Source: the human T2T-CHM13v2.0 reference genome, Homo sapiens. Taken from it: a DNA stretch of 64,000 bases. Numbering within the stretch: position 1 is the stretch's first letter; each line of letters opens with the position of its first letter. The notes under the pieces are model-generated. The model was not told the origin of the DNA. It did no database searches and was given only the letters and a program-made list of their open reading frames with translations. This document shows, piece by piece, positions 1 to 15,360 of the stretch. The translations under genes were made by a program, and so were the position numbers. Location: the NCBI RefSeq assembly GCF_009914755.1, contig NC_060929.1; one strand, 5' to 3'.

Positions 1-774
1 TAACAAAACCCTGCAAACATGTAGTGACCGAGGCATGATGCATCCTGCCTCTTGCTCTGCTATTTATCTGCTTTTCTTTTTTTAACTTTAACTTGTTCTC
101 CTCCTATTTATTGGGCAATCACCTAGATTCTAGGAAACAAATATATTTAATTTTTCTAATCTAAAGGTTAATAAGGACTCTATCTTCTCTAGTCAGAGCC
201 ACAGGATGAACTTTCTCAACCCATCCTCTTTAAGGAAAAGAAGTTGTTGGCTGAGTCACGTGAGTGTCTGTTTACACACGTCTTATAACAGCATACAGGG
301 TACATACACAGAGCAGCACACCTCCCCACCAGGAAGGCTGTGCTCCATATTCATGTGTCAAGTGATGTAAAGGTTGCCATGGTTATAATCTCTGTTTAGT
401 CAATAGTGTGTGTGGGGGGGGGGGGCGGGGAATCACCCCAATGGGCGTATTGCAATTTAGAGGAATCCCTGGGTACTTTTAAAGTATTGAATCACAATTT
501 ACATTTTAAAAAGTGTTGTCAATGACAGCATATTGGTTGCCATTTCTTGAAAACTCTTCTTTGTAGGAGGACCTTATGTATGCCAAGAACATCGTTTTTG
601 CCTCCTTAGGTGAAACTTTATTTCCCACATTTAGGATTCATTAGGATTATCTAAGGTAAGTGGCAAGAGGGGAGAAGGATGAAAATCATGAGGGTGAATG
701 TGGGAAAGGGATGAGGGAAGGTGAGCTTAATTATTTCAAAGATAATAATGAGTGAGGCTCCCAACCCCTGAAAT

Positions 775-1047
775 TTGGGAGGCCAAGGTGGGAGGATTGT
801 TTGAGTCCAGGAGTCTGAGATCAGCTTGGGCAACATAGCGAGACCTGCGTCTACAAAAATTTCTTTTTAAAAATATCAAACAGGCATGGTGGCTCTTTCC
901 TGTAATCCCAGCTACTCAAGAGACAGAGTAGGAAGGATCCCTTGAGTCCAGAAGTTCAAGGCTGCAGTGAGCTATGATGGCAGTACTGCCCTCCAGCTGG
1001 GGAAACAGAGTGATACCTTGTCTCAAAAAAAAAAAAAAAAAAAAAAA
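775..1047 (+). mobile_element. Alu (AluJ-like, 5' eroded)
   Basis: Dimeric Alu with ggctgcagtgagctatgat and a poly-A tail. Confidence 0.9.
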
Positions 1048-1089
1048 GGAATAAAAATAAAAGTGTCAGTAATTCTTACTCTTCTTCTT

Positions 1090-1245
1090 GGTCTGCCACC
1101 TTCTTGCCTTGGTGACTTTTGGATCCCCCATCCCTCTGTTTTCTCATCTGTAAAATTGGAAGGATAACAGGGAGTTGCAGGGTCTACTGGGTTGCTCATA
1201 GGCATTTAGAGCACTCGCTGGCATACAGTGAGCACTCTTTAAATG
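1090..1245 (+). mobile_element. MIR SINE
   Basis: Core ctctgttttctcatctgtaaaattgg and 3' end ctggcatacagtgagcactc. Confidence 0.75.
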
Positions 1246-2429
1246 CACCCAATCTTATTCATATTCTAGTCAATACACAAAGAATCTGCTGTGCTTTTGG
1301 ATAGAGAGAAATGCTTCATAACAACACCATCACACATTATTGAAAAGATTTTGGTGTGATTAGGGCCGACTGACATCCAAACTTCCCTCCCACCTTTCTG
1401 GTCATATCTCCTCCTTTTCCCACACTCAGTATCTTTCCTTTATCTACTCTAAGCAGTAACATGATAAGTTATATAAATTATATGAAGATCATTAAAAGGT
1501 TTTAAAGTCACACTACATGTATGACTTCGTATTTGAAAAAGGCTCAAAACAGTAAGTGAAAAAAGTGACAGTTGGTGGAATTTTAGAAGTTGAGGGTGGA
1601 AGGTGTTTCCAAAACCCCTCAAATCACACACCCTAGATGTGGCTGCTTCCTGGATCCACTAGTGAAGCTGACTCTGGCAGGGAGTCACTTGCATTTTTCA
1701 CTAACTGAGGTCCTGCTCTCTCAAATTTCACAATCTAAGGGAGAGAATCTTGATCCAGAGTGATAACAAAACAAGTAATGCAAGCTCAGCGATGTGGGAT
1801 AACTCCCCTGTCCCTGGTATTAGCATGGAGGTGCTGGCCACCCTCTGGTGGAACAAGACCCATTCTTTGGCTTCAGGAACTTCACAGCTTAGTGGAAGGG
1901 ACAAAACACATCAGATAGTGATAAGAAAATGTGTATGAGTAAAAGGAAGAGATAGGTATGTTGACAGAAGACAGCCTGAGGAGTTTAGAGAATAGAAACA
2001 TTTCTCAAGAACTTGAAAGCGAAAGAGTCTCTTGAAAGGGTTTGTTGCACACTGCCTGAAGGCTGAGGTATGGACTGGAAAGTGACTTAGTCCAGCCCCT
2101 TCTAGCTGGGTGAGTAACTGAACACTCCAGCGTGCGGATCTTCACTGGAGAGAAATGGGAGCATGATTCATCTCTTTGACATCATCTTTAGATTTTTGGT
2201 TTAACTTTTCCTTTCCACATCAGACGCCCCTGTTGTTGGGTGGTCTGCCATGCCACTTCCTCCAAGTCCCAGCTACTTTACTCTAGGTAGAGGGCTGAGG
2301 GTAATGGATCTTATTTCAAAAGGAGAGGGGAAATTGAAACCAGAACAGCTTTGTGATGAACTGTAGGGGAATCCTTTTTTCTCTAGCAAAGGTTTCCCAA
2401 GGCTGGTGTCTCCAGCTTGGAGCTTGATC

Positions 2430-2484
2430 GTGTGTGGTGTGTGTGTGTGTGTGTGTGTGTGCATGTGTGTGTGTGTGTGTGTGT
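2430..2484. repeat. Interrupted (TG)n microsatellite
   Basis: Read directly. Confidence 0.95.
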
Positions 2485-3331
2485 TTGTATTTGGTGAGAG
2501 TTAACCATTCAAAATGGAAATCCTTTCATAATTTGATCTAGTTATGCAAACACAGCCCATTGATGTTAACAAATAGAGACCAGATGCAAATAACCCACTC
2601 GGGCATAACATGGAATAACTAGCAGAAGTTAAAGCAAACCGTCTCCTCCCCACTGCCCTATTACCTCATAAGAATTCCTTCCATTTGGAAATAAGCAAGA
2701 GGAAAAGAAAAAAAATGGGACTATTAAGATGTCTCAGTCTTAAAATGATAGCAATAATAGAGTAGCCTGGATCACACAAGATTGCCGTGTAAACAACTAA
2801 AGAATTTCAGAATTATGTGGAATTAGACATGCATCCCTAAAAAAGGTTAGGTGCTCATGAATGTGCATAACACAAGGAAAAATTAATTACAACAGGAAAA
2901 CAACTCCAAATGGAAGTCTGCAATTCAATGATTCATAGCCAGGGTGTTCAGAAGAAAACTTGGTTCTCTACAACTCATTGAATAGGGTGTCACTGGATAT
3001 GGTAAAATTTTATGACATTCCCTGGGGCTCTGAGTGTTTTAACTGTTCTGCATAGACAGCCAAGCCATTACAGGGTGAGGCCTAACACAGGGAATCCTAG
3101 AATGGTAATGGTATTGCCATTTTCTGTAGAAAACAAGGTTTTAGTTGAATAAAAAGAGGTAGTTGATATAAATAAGCTCACAGGAAGTCTCCAAACCTTT
3201 GAGGTGACTACCATTGCTGCCACTTTTCCCAGAATGCCATTGCTTTATGAATGGCTTTTTGACCAAGAGGCTAAAGAACTCTTGACTTGTGTAGATTTTC
3301 TACTTTTTGAATAATGCTTAATTTTTAAAGC

Positions 3332-3332
<1 letters not shown>

Positions 3333-3379
<47 letters not shown>
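3333..3379. repeat. (TG)~23 microsatellite
   Basis: Read directly; pure tract. Confidence 0.95.
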
Positions 3380-3382
<3 letters not shown>

Positions 3383-5101
3383 GCAGGCTCTAGGACTTGT
3401 GGGCCCAGGGAAAATTCATAGGTGGCTGAGAATAAAAAGAAGAGTTAAGTTTGAAAAAAGAGATAGCAACACTTCAGTTTAGGAAAATCAGACTCTGGAA
3501 AAGCATTTGGGTGAAATCTTCCCGATTTAGTTGTAGGACAGAATTAGACACAAACCAGGAAATCTCCAGAAGGTGCTCAGGAGATGCTGATAGAACGAAA
3601 CCCTGAAGCTCCTTCTGTGAGGTTCTCCAGCACTTCAATATTATTAGCAGGAAATTCTTCCGAAAGTCAACACCAAATTCCTTCTGCAGCGATTTTAGCA
3701 CATTCTCTCCCTTCCGACTCTAAAGAGAAACAGGAAAGATGCTGATATTGCTGTTCTCACATTTCTATTAAACTTGCCCTCAATCTTCCATTTTGTGAAC
3801 TAAATAATTTTTTAAGCTTTTCCCTCAAAAAGGTAATTTCACAAACATTTTCATGTGCCAGTCTTGAGTCACAAAGGTTTAGAAATAACTTACTTATTAC
3901 CATACAGACAGAGCTATACTGAGATAAATACTGTGCTTAGTTCATAAAGGGGCTGCTTCGTGTTGAAATTCCTGCATCCTGGGCAGCCACTGCCAGCACT
4001 GTAGGTTTCTTTCTGTGGTCTCCCTTGAGCCTGAATGAAGGTGATGGCTGATGAGCCAGACTAATAAAATGTACCCTTGCACTGATTAAACATCCATTTT
4101 CTTGGGGAGATGGCTGACAAGAGCAGGAGAAAGCTGTGAGGAAGCTTGTAGCAATTTCACAAATCTACCCCTAGCAGTGAGCTTTATCTGAGTGCTTAGA
4201 GCCACTCTGAGCAAAACAATGGGTGTTGAAAATGGACCAGGGAGAAAATTAAGAAATGACAAGCTTGTTTTCTTAAAGTAAGAGGAAAGCTTCTCTTGTT
4301 AGGTTTTTCTAGAGTGTTCTCATGAAGGGAAACAGAACGTTTCACTTTAACAAGATGCATCGTCTAACCATGAGGCACAGGGAAACAGGGCAAGCAGGTT
4401 GCAAGCAGGCAGGGTGAGCTCCAGTTATCTGCTTGAGGGCTTTGATCTCAGTTGCAATGGACAAGGCAGAAGCAGGAGCCGGGAACCTTCTAGGAGGGAA
4501 GAGAAAGAAGAATTGAGCACCGCAACATAGTGACCGCCTTAAAATCCTCAAGCCACCTGTGAATGATGGTGTAGGTGCTGATGGGGGTGAGGGAGTCCCC
4601 AGGATAGAGGTGGTAAGTGGAGAGAGTTGTTCTTGTTTTTAAAAGGTAACACAAAAGACTTTGACTAGGGCTGTGCTGTTTACAGTAGCCACTAGCCACA
4701 TGTAGCTACTGGGCACTTAAAATGTGCTGTATTTGTAAAAACACACACCAAAATTCAAAGACATATTTTTAAAAAGTAAAATATATTATTAATCCTTTTT
4801 TTACTATATGTTAAAATGATAATACTTTGGGTTGATTGGGTTAAATAAAATACACGACTAAAATGAATGCTATAACATGGATGAACTTTGAAAACATTGT
4901 GCTAAGGGAAAGAAGCCAGACACAAAAGGCTACCCATTGCATGATTCCATTTATATGAAATGGCCAATAGGCAAATCCGTAGAGACAAAAGGTAGATTAG
5001 TGGTTGCCTAGGGCTGGGGAGATTTGGAGGGAAATGGAAAGTGGGTGCAATGGTATGGGGTTTCTTTATGGGGTGAAAAAAAATTCTAATATTGATCATG
5101 A

Positions 5102-5383
5102 GGCCATGCCTGTAATCCTAGCACTTTGGGAGGCCAAAATGGGAAGATCAGTTGAGGCCAGGAGTTCGAGACCAGCCTGGCCAACATAGTGAGAAACTAT
5201 CTCTACAAAATAGAAAAAGTTAGCAGGGCATGGTGGTGCGCACCTGTGTTCCCACCTACTTGGGAAGCTGAGGTGAGAGGATGGCTTGAGTCTAGGAGTT
5301 CAAGGCTGCAGTGAGCTATGATCACACTACTGCACTCCAACCTGAACAGAGCAAGACCCTGACACCAAAAAAAAGAAAAAAAA
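5102..5383 (+). mobile_element. Alu (AluJ-like)
   Basis: Dimer and A-tail. Confidence 0.9.
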
Positions 5384-5420
5384 ATTGACTGTGGTGTGAT
5401 TGTAGAACTCTATGAACACA

Positions 5421-5792
<372 letters not shown>

Positions 5793-7264
5793 CTAAACGG
5801 CACACTTTAAATGGGTGACTCGTATGGTGTGTGTATTATATCTGGACAATGCTGTTTAAATAAATAAGTAAATTGGGATGCAAAAATCTCTAATATTACC
5901 TGTTTTAAAACCTTTTAAAATATGGCTAATAGGAAACTTAAAATTACATAACTGGCATTATATTTCTATTGGACCTGCTAGGCTGAGGGGACCGAGGATG
6001 AAGACTCTGGGCCAACCTGGGGCTAGTGGTACCCAAAGCGAAGGTCATAAACACAGGGCAGAAGAGCAGCCAGAAATGCTCAGCTGTGGTGCAGAGCAAG
6101 AAGGAATGAAGGATTGGGGAGAGGGGCTTGAGACTAAGGATGAAACTCCTGGACTGGGGCTGGCCTCTGCACTGAGGGCCAGCAATGGGACTGATGGCTG
6201 ACTAGAATTTCTTGCCCCTAGGCAAACAGAGGGAGCTATCTTCAGTCATCTCTCCAGAGCTCTTATCAGCTCAGATGATAAAAGGTGGGGCATTTCCCTT
6301 TAGGTAACATTGATTTAAAAAAAAAATGGTGGGGCAGAGCTGCCCTACCTTTCCGCAGGTGGCTGCTCTAATTGCCTCAGGCCCTGGCCGGCAGCCCCCA
6401 GGGCCAAGAGGATCCCTATCTTAACCCATCTGTAATGTATTTGCATACCTGTAACCCAGGCTTGCTAAACTGCTGCAGGCAAGCCGGGAAGCTCTGGCCT
6501 TGTCCTGGGGGATGTAAACTTTTTCAGGAAGTATTAGCCAGGAGAGCTGTCAGACCTATTTATGAAATGCCATAAACAAACCCTAGTGCTTGTCCGAGGT
6601 TTGGGTGACACAGCATAAGGGAAAGCCTTGGGTGCCTTCTTGGCATCCTCTCTCCAGCCCAGGTTTCCTTCCAGTTCAGTTCCCCTCTTCACACGCCCCC
6701 CACCCAAAACACAACAGTATTTCAAAGGAGATACTGGCTCACTGGATGATGGATGAGGAACCTACACTTAGGGTCCCCACTGCCCCCCGTCACCAAAAGA
6801 AAGGACCTCATGGCTTGCTTCTGGAGACAGAAAAGTGACTGGACTGAAGGACAGAATGGGTGAATTAAGCCAGATGAGCTGTAACCCCGAAGGCCTAGTT
6901 CTGGAGGAGGGGTCAGTAGCCTAGAAAGGAGACAAAATCAAGAACACTATACTTGGCAGTGGCTGTTTCAATCTTACAATTACAAAGTGAATATCTGACA
7001 TTATTCTGTATTTTATCTGAGCTATGTCCTGAAATTTTCTCCCATTGCAGTAAACATTAATTTTTCTCTTGACTGTGTCTCATGCTTCAGGGACAGGGTG
7101 GATAGCAAGCATAGACAATGGAGTAGGTACAGTTTATGAACCTAAGGGCACTGTCTGGGGCAAAGCCACATCCCCTGCTGTCCTGTCCAGGCGTAGCAAC
7201 AGTAGAAAGTTAACTGTGTTCAATGAAGGTATACACAGGAGACACAAAAGACAGCATCATCTGC

Positions 7265-7390
7265 ATGCCTGCAAGCTTCTGGAGGACAAGGCTTGCAAAT
7301 TGTTCCTCTCCATATCTCCACCATAGGGTCATAGGCACATGCTAAGTACTCAAGAAATACTCGTGGATGGATGTGCAGATGGATGGATGT
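7265..7390 (+). mobile_element. L2 3' end fragment
   Basis: ggcacatgctaagtactcaagaaatac...ggatggatg resembles the L2 terminus. Confidence 0.55.
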
Positions 7391-8206
7391 GACACATAGT
7401 AGTTACTTAATGTAGGTGTTATGTAATGATATCATATTTTGAGTAGTTGATGATGAAGAGAAAGGATGAAAGCTTTCATTTTTGCAACAGGAAAATAAAT
7501 TCTGGATATATTAAACTAAAACAAATATAATAGCATATAGCATATTCAGTTTCGTCATCCAATTTTTTTCCAAACAGTGCTTAGATATGTTAGGTAAGGG
7601 TGGAAAGGGAAAAAAGTGCCCAGTACAGCTCATGAAGCCTCTTTCTCACCGGATCTTGTAAAATGCAAGCTACTTAGGAGTGGACGAATGACTTAACGAT
7701 GATGTTGTCAGGGCCCTCTGAATAAATATTGCCTTTTCCATTCCCACCGTGGGTACTACAAGTACCACTGGCACCTTGTCAAGAGGTTGAGATCTCCTCA
7801 TTCTTATCTTCTGAGTCAGGCAGCACAAGATGGTATAAACACTCGTTCAAAATGCACTTGAATATTCCATCCCTTGTCCTTGCATTTACACTGTTTTCTT
7901 GCAGCTGAAAGCCTAACAGCTAGTAAGTAGAAAAGGAGAGGACAGAACCATCCAAAAGTCAGCCTTTCCTTCTTAAGGAGAGCCCTCGGTGGGGTTTGTC
8001 CATCAAATGGTAGCCTCCCTAACTGCGTCTTCACTCTTTTTTCCTTTGCCACCCAGTATCGAGACACTTCTCATTTCTCAGAAGCAAGGAACTTCAGAAT
8101 TGGTTTCGGCTTTACGATTCTCTTTCAGCAGCCATCCCGACAATCTATAAGACGAAATAATCACTCAGGACAGCAGGGACTTTAGAACTGATTGAAAGTC
8201 ATTGAT

Positions 8207-8546
8207 GACCAGGCACGATGGCTCATGACTGTAATCCCAGCATTTTGGGAGGCCGAGGTGGGCAGATTACTTGAGGTTAGGAGTTGGAGACCAGCCTGGC
8301 CAACATGGTGAAACCCCGTCTTTACAAAAAATAAAATGAAAAAATTAGCTGGGCATGGTGGCACACACCTGTAGTCCCAGCTACTTGGGAGGCTGAGGCA
8401 GGACAATTGCTTGAACCCGGGAGGTTGCAGCACCAAGATCGTGCCACTGCACTCCAGCCTGGGCGATAAAGTGAGACTCCATCTCAAAAACAAAAAAAAA
8501 AGAAAAAGAAAAAAAAAGAAAGAAAGTAAGAAAAGAAAAGGAAAAG
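8207..8546 (+). mobile_element. Alu (AluS-like)
   Basis: Dimer, long A/G-rich tail, TSD gaaagtca(t/c)tgat. Confidence 0.93.
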
Positions 8547-8675
8547 AAAGTCACTGATTGTTGTCAGTAGCCAGGGCAGTAGTAGGTTATAGAATAGAGA
8601 ATGAGGCAATTCTTTCTGGCCAAGGATCCTGTTCCATAAGTGAGTTGGCTTTTTGGCAGTTAAGAATCCATATTT

Positions 8676-8976
8676 GGTTGGGCGCGGTGGCTCACGTCTA
8701 CAATCCCAGGACTTTGGGATGCCGAGGCAGATGGATTACTGGAGGTCAGGAGTTCAAGACCAGCCTGGTCAACATGGCGAAACCCCAACTCTACTAAAAG
8801 TACAAAAATTAGCAGGGCGTGGTGGTGCACGCCTGTACTCCCAACTACTGGGGCAGCTGAGGCGGGAGGATTGCTTGAATCCAGGAGGTGGAGGTTTCAG
8901 TGAGCTGAGATTGTGCTACTGCACTCCAGTCTGGGCGACAGAGCAAGACTCTGTCTCAAAAAAAAAAAAAAAAAAA
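8676..8976 (+). mobile_element. Alu (AluS-like)
   Basis: Full dimer and poly-A. Confidence 0.93.
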
Positions 8977-10579
8977 CAGTCAGGATACAGAAAAAATTTC
9001 TATCTCCGTATACTTTTATGAGGGAGCTTACAAGGCTCATCTGGATTATTTGAAGGCAGGATACTTCAAAGGAAGCAAAAATATGCTATTTTCAGATTTA
9101 ACTTAGATTTCTAAAAATTCTGTGCAACTCTCTTATGTGGGTATGTGACACACCAGTAAATAGGGTGCATGTGACCCTGGCAGGGTGAGCTAAGAAAGTT
9201 GGATTCCTTGAAGGAAATAACTTTCTGTGATATCATGACTGGCGGGGGACTGCTGGTGGGGGATGACTGGCAGAGGATGTGCAGGTGCAGCTGGATGGAA
9301 GCCCTTGGCATTGGGGCTCCTGTCATGCATCCAAATCCCCAGTGCCCCTATTCCTCCACCCAGGTCATTCCTGCTCATGATATCAGTACTCTGACTCACA
9401 AGTAGCCTGCAGCAGCTGAAAGGAAATGATGTGGCAACTGTGTCTGAAGTCTGGTTAAATGCTGGAGACAGAAAAGAAAATCCATTTGAAAATATGTTGC
9501 TGTATTTTACAAAAAGGCTGTGCAAGATTTAAAAAGTATGTTTAGCATTCCAAGTATTTTCCCTTCTGTGTCTTCAGAGACCATCTCTGAGAGTGATGTT
9601 TTGTTTATTTAACATTTAATCAAAAGAGATGTGGACCCCACCAGCTTTTGAACAACAGATTCAGTAGCACTGCCTCTTGCATTAAGTTTGAAGAGAAACT
9701 TCAACCACACAGAGAATTTGATGTCTGTAATATGCACTAAAAGATCAGCTGGTCTAACTTTACAGGGCTAATAAAAGGGAAAAGTTTTCCTGTGCTCAGG
9801 TCTTTTATGAATTATAAATAACCATTCACTTTGGAAGATAGCACATCATAAAATTTTTTTACAAATATGCACAAATCCATTTTAAGATCCAAGGAAAAAG
9901 ATGTTCAAAAGTCTCAGATGTACTCAGTTTTGATTTCGTAGGGAAACATGTTCTTTTACCATATGGATGCTTTTAAGGGGGCCTTCAGCTGGGGCTCAAT
10001 AATGACACCCCAGTGGCTAAATAAGGGATTTCTTTCCTTCTAACATTATTTCTCTGTTATTAAAGGTGGAAAAACCTTCCACAAATAGCATACTATTAGA
10101 GTGCTTTAGGGGGTATCCTGGGAATCAAGGTTATGTGTCTGCTCCAGAAGTACTGTCTGTAATTATCATTCCTCCGTGGTTCTGAGGATGCAGTCTTGGT
10201 GTTTTCATTAATTTTTTCATTCTACAAGTCTGGAGTGTGTGTCTGCTCTTGATATTCAATATTTCACAGTAGGAATTTTGTTATTGTTGCTGTTTTTAGG
10301 GTCACAGATCTCTCCCCTCTCTTTTCCTCTCATAATAACCATTTCCTGGCTTCTTTTGCCCACTAAAATAAAAAGGTATGAAAGGCCAGATTTGAAAAGA
10401 AAAAGAATTCAGATATGACATTTTTCCAATTCCAGCCTTCATCTTCCCTCTTTATAATCTGCTAGTATGAGCATTAAAAAATAGAGCATTCAGATCTACC
10501 AAACACCTGAAGAGGGTTCATGGGTCAGAAGAGCACATAGATTTCCTCCCAGCACTTTGTTATCAGTATTTTCAAATAT

Positions 10580-12130
<1,551 letters not shown>

Positions 12131-15100
12131 TCTAGGTGGCCTAAACAAAGCACATTGATATTAATAAATGGTGTTCACAAAATGTGTTGTAGGCTCAAGA
12201 TAATCCAAAGCTTCACTGTGGTCACTGTAACAGAAGTATTTCCCTAAAGAAACTTCCATGTCCGTACATACTGGGAACAACTGAGGAAAACCTGGTGATC
12301 TGTTTACACTCTCAAGAGCATCCCAGAGAATGAATACAACTCTAGACCTCCCTTTTCACTTTGTTTTATAGTAAGAAGCTTTCTGTTTTGACGGCTGGAA
12401 GGAGTCGCCACAGGCAAAACTACCTGGTCATGGCCTTGTTCTGGAATCAAGTCAGCCTTTGTGCTTATAAGCAGGATAAAGTAGATTATTTTAATAATTC
12501 ATTTTTAATCCATATTTTAATAAGCATATGTTATTGAGATCATACTTAAAATAGTTTAATATATGGCATGAATGAATAAAAATAGACTCCCCAGAAGCTT
12601 TAAAAACATTCAAAGAAAGAAATCCACAGAGAGACCCAGGTGTCAGTGATGACATGGGGCAAAATTAAGAGCAGATTGAAAGTGGGAATCGTCTGCTATG
12701 AAGAAAGTAGGACTTGGGAAAATAGAGCTCTACTGAAGGAATACAACGATTCTTTAGTGTTGTTTTTAGGCTACACATTGAAGGGTTTCCCAAGATTTTA
12801 CCCTGGTCTCTTTGCCAACTGCTCTGCTTGTCAGTGAAGCTGTTTGATTTCTCTCTTTGTTTCTTGTTCGAACCAAAAGGACACTCAATACAGACATGAC
12901 ATTTTGAAAACTAAACTCACATCTTTTTCACCCTAACTTCATTGTTGTTTTGGCCTACTTTCTCTTAGACACTTTCTTGAGGGTTCAGGCTGAATGTGGT
13001 CTTTCAAACTTTCAAACTCCCTTGAGTACCTCTTTCTGTGATTCCATTCCTAGTGATCATTAATGGTCTGCAACTGCTTCTTTATTTGTGGGGTATCTCG
13101 GGCCTTTTGCTTCTTCGGTTTTCTACTTTTTATCATTAAAAATCCCCCCCCCCCTTTATTCGAGACTGATTTAGGAAAAGAAAGGGATGAAACTTAAATG
13201 AATGAACTGCTGTTTGATTGCAGGTTAAAATTAGTGGCCAAGTTTTTGTTTGTTGTTGATCTAGTAGACTTTTATAAACCAAAACTAACTGTATGATTCT
13301 CATTGGAAGTTATGTTGAAATATGAGATATGAAGAGAGTACCAATTCACAAAGCCCTGGACTGTTCTAACCCTAGGGAATACTTGATGGTGGCTGTGTGG
13401 GTGTGCCTGCCAGGCTGGGAAAGGATCTAGCGTAATGGTGAGTTTTGTAACACACCAGCCCAGGTCCAACTGCTTGAGTAGGAAGAGTAGAGGTAGGTGG
13501 TTAGTTTTGTGGCCTCCCGGATCTGTTCCTGAAGAAAGCAGATAAGTTCAGGAAGGGAGAAGTCTAGGTTCTAAGTTAGAAATGTCAAGTAGGACTTCGA
13601 GGCCTCTGAAATAAAGATGTGTCCTAAGTAACTAACACACAAACATGATGGAAGTAATCATACGGGAGAAACGAGTGGGGTTAAAATCACAGGGCCACAT
13701 GACAAATTATGTCTGGCTATGCCAGTGGGTTAAATCACTTCCTAAGATGTTGCCAACAGCACAAATATCTGTATTTAGCATCACATGCAACCAAAGAATT
13801 AACCAAACATACTCTCCAAGTTTCTTCCCCTTTGGAATAGTAATTCCTGCTATTACAGTGTTTCCACTAAGGCACTGGAGGATCCAGGGCAAAGTCTAAT
13901 TGTGGTGGGTTCCACTGGCCTGCAGTGTGGGCAGCATTAAGCGGGTACCCGAATGTGGTGGGGGAGGACTGTGAAGCTCTATTTTCTGTGCAGCTCTTCG
14001 GGAAGTCCTGTTGCCAGCCCTCCTCAAACATCATTTTCTGCTCATGAATATTATCTTTTATACCAATAGAGGTGGGAGGGGGAACTACCCAGAATTCAGT
14101 CTCAAAATCTTTTATCCTTTTCTCTCATTTACTTCAAAATGTATATAAAGTAAAATGCAGCACCCACCAAAAACCATTTCAGCCTGAAACTAAACGCAAG
14201 CTCTTTAGCTTGACTATGGGGTCCTTCATGGGCAGAAGGGTTGGATAGAGGAAATGAATTATAGGGGGATGCTTTGCTTTGATTACTACCAGAGTTTAGC
14301 AGGAACATCTGGCTTATTTGCAGTTAGATTTTCTGCAGGGAGGGTTCAGCCATTGCTACCATAGCTCTTAGTACCATAAGGTTTATCTGAATCTCTGAAT
14401 ATCTATGCTCTTGCAAGATCCAAATTTCCCTTAAAGTTGATATTTGTCTTTCATTTGTTTCCTAATTAGCATTCAGATTTCAGCCCAAGAGTGCACTGCC
14501 AGAGGCATAACACCTCCCTTGGTGGGGACCTTTGTTGGCAGCATTCTAAAATGAATTCATAGGACTGTTCTCTGATTTTCAACTTTGCTTTTGATACAAG
14601 GTCTGTGAATGTTTAGTTGACAATACGTGTGCGCCTCTCTCATTTCCTGTTTTTAAGGGCTGCACTTAATTTATTTGAAAGGGTGGAATATTTTAAATTA
14701 CAATTCAGCAGTTTTACTAAGGAAGGCTGTAAAACACAATGAGCAAGGAGTTTTACTTCCTCCTTCCAACTGCTACTCCCTGTTTTGAAATCTTGATGTC
14801 CTCCAATCAATGGGAATGACTTTAACTTACACTGTAACATTTTTAACAGCAACCACGCCATGGCTGGAGCTGCAGAGGGGCATGGGATTCCTGCACACTG
14901 TAATTCCATTTTTCCAGACGCCTTATTAGTACACGGAATGCGTCTGCCTGTGCTTGATATTGTTCTATCTTGTTAAGTCCCCTCCCCCAGGCAGAGCATT
15001 TGGATTGGTTAAGGAATACAGTCGCTTAGCCAATCAAGTGAAACCTTTCTCCTGCAACCCTAGCAACACCTGTCATTGACAAATGTTAAGAGAAAACCCC

Positions 15101-15199
15101 TGACAAACCCAACCAGCCCTTGAAAATGGTCCCTGTCAAGGGCAAGTAGGGCTACTCCTACCCACAGAGCACTTTCTGTGGCCAGAGGAGTTAGTGGTT

Positions 15200-15360
15200 T
15201 GTATCAGACCTGCAAAAACAGAACCTGGATGTGGCTGCAGGTGCTTGAGTCTAGGGCCCTATTCCGATCTGCTGTCAATTTCAGCGAAACTGACTTTTGT
15301 TAGCCAAAGCCGGTGTTGGAGCTTGGGGTTGTGGGGGGTGGGGGGTTGTCTATGGTGGGG
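15200..15360 (+). repeat. Local direct repeat, copy 1 (~150 bp)
   Basis: tcagacctgcaaaaacagaacctggatgtgg...gcttgagtctagggcccta...gaaactgacttttgttag recurs at 16241-16385. Confidence 0.9.

Noticed and set aside
8182-9021. Alu-derived ORFs (also near 19818, 32188, 60202, 62927)
   Set aside because: Typical Alu translation motifs; no coding evidence.
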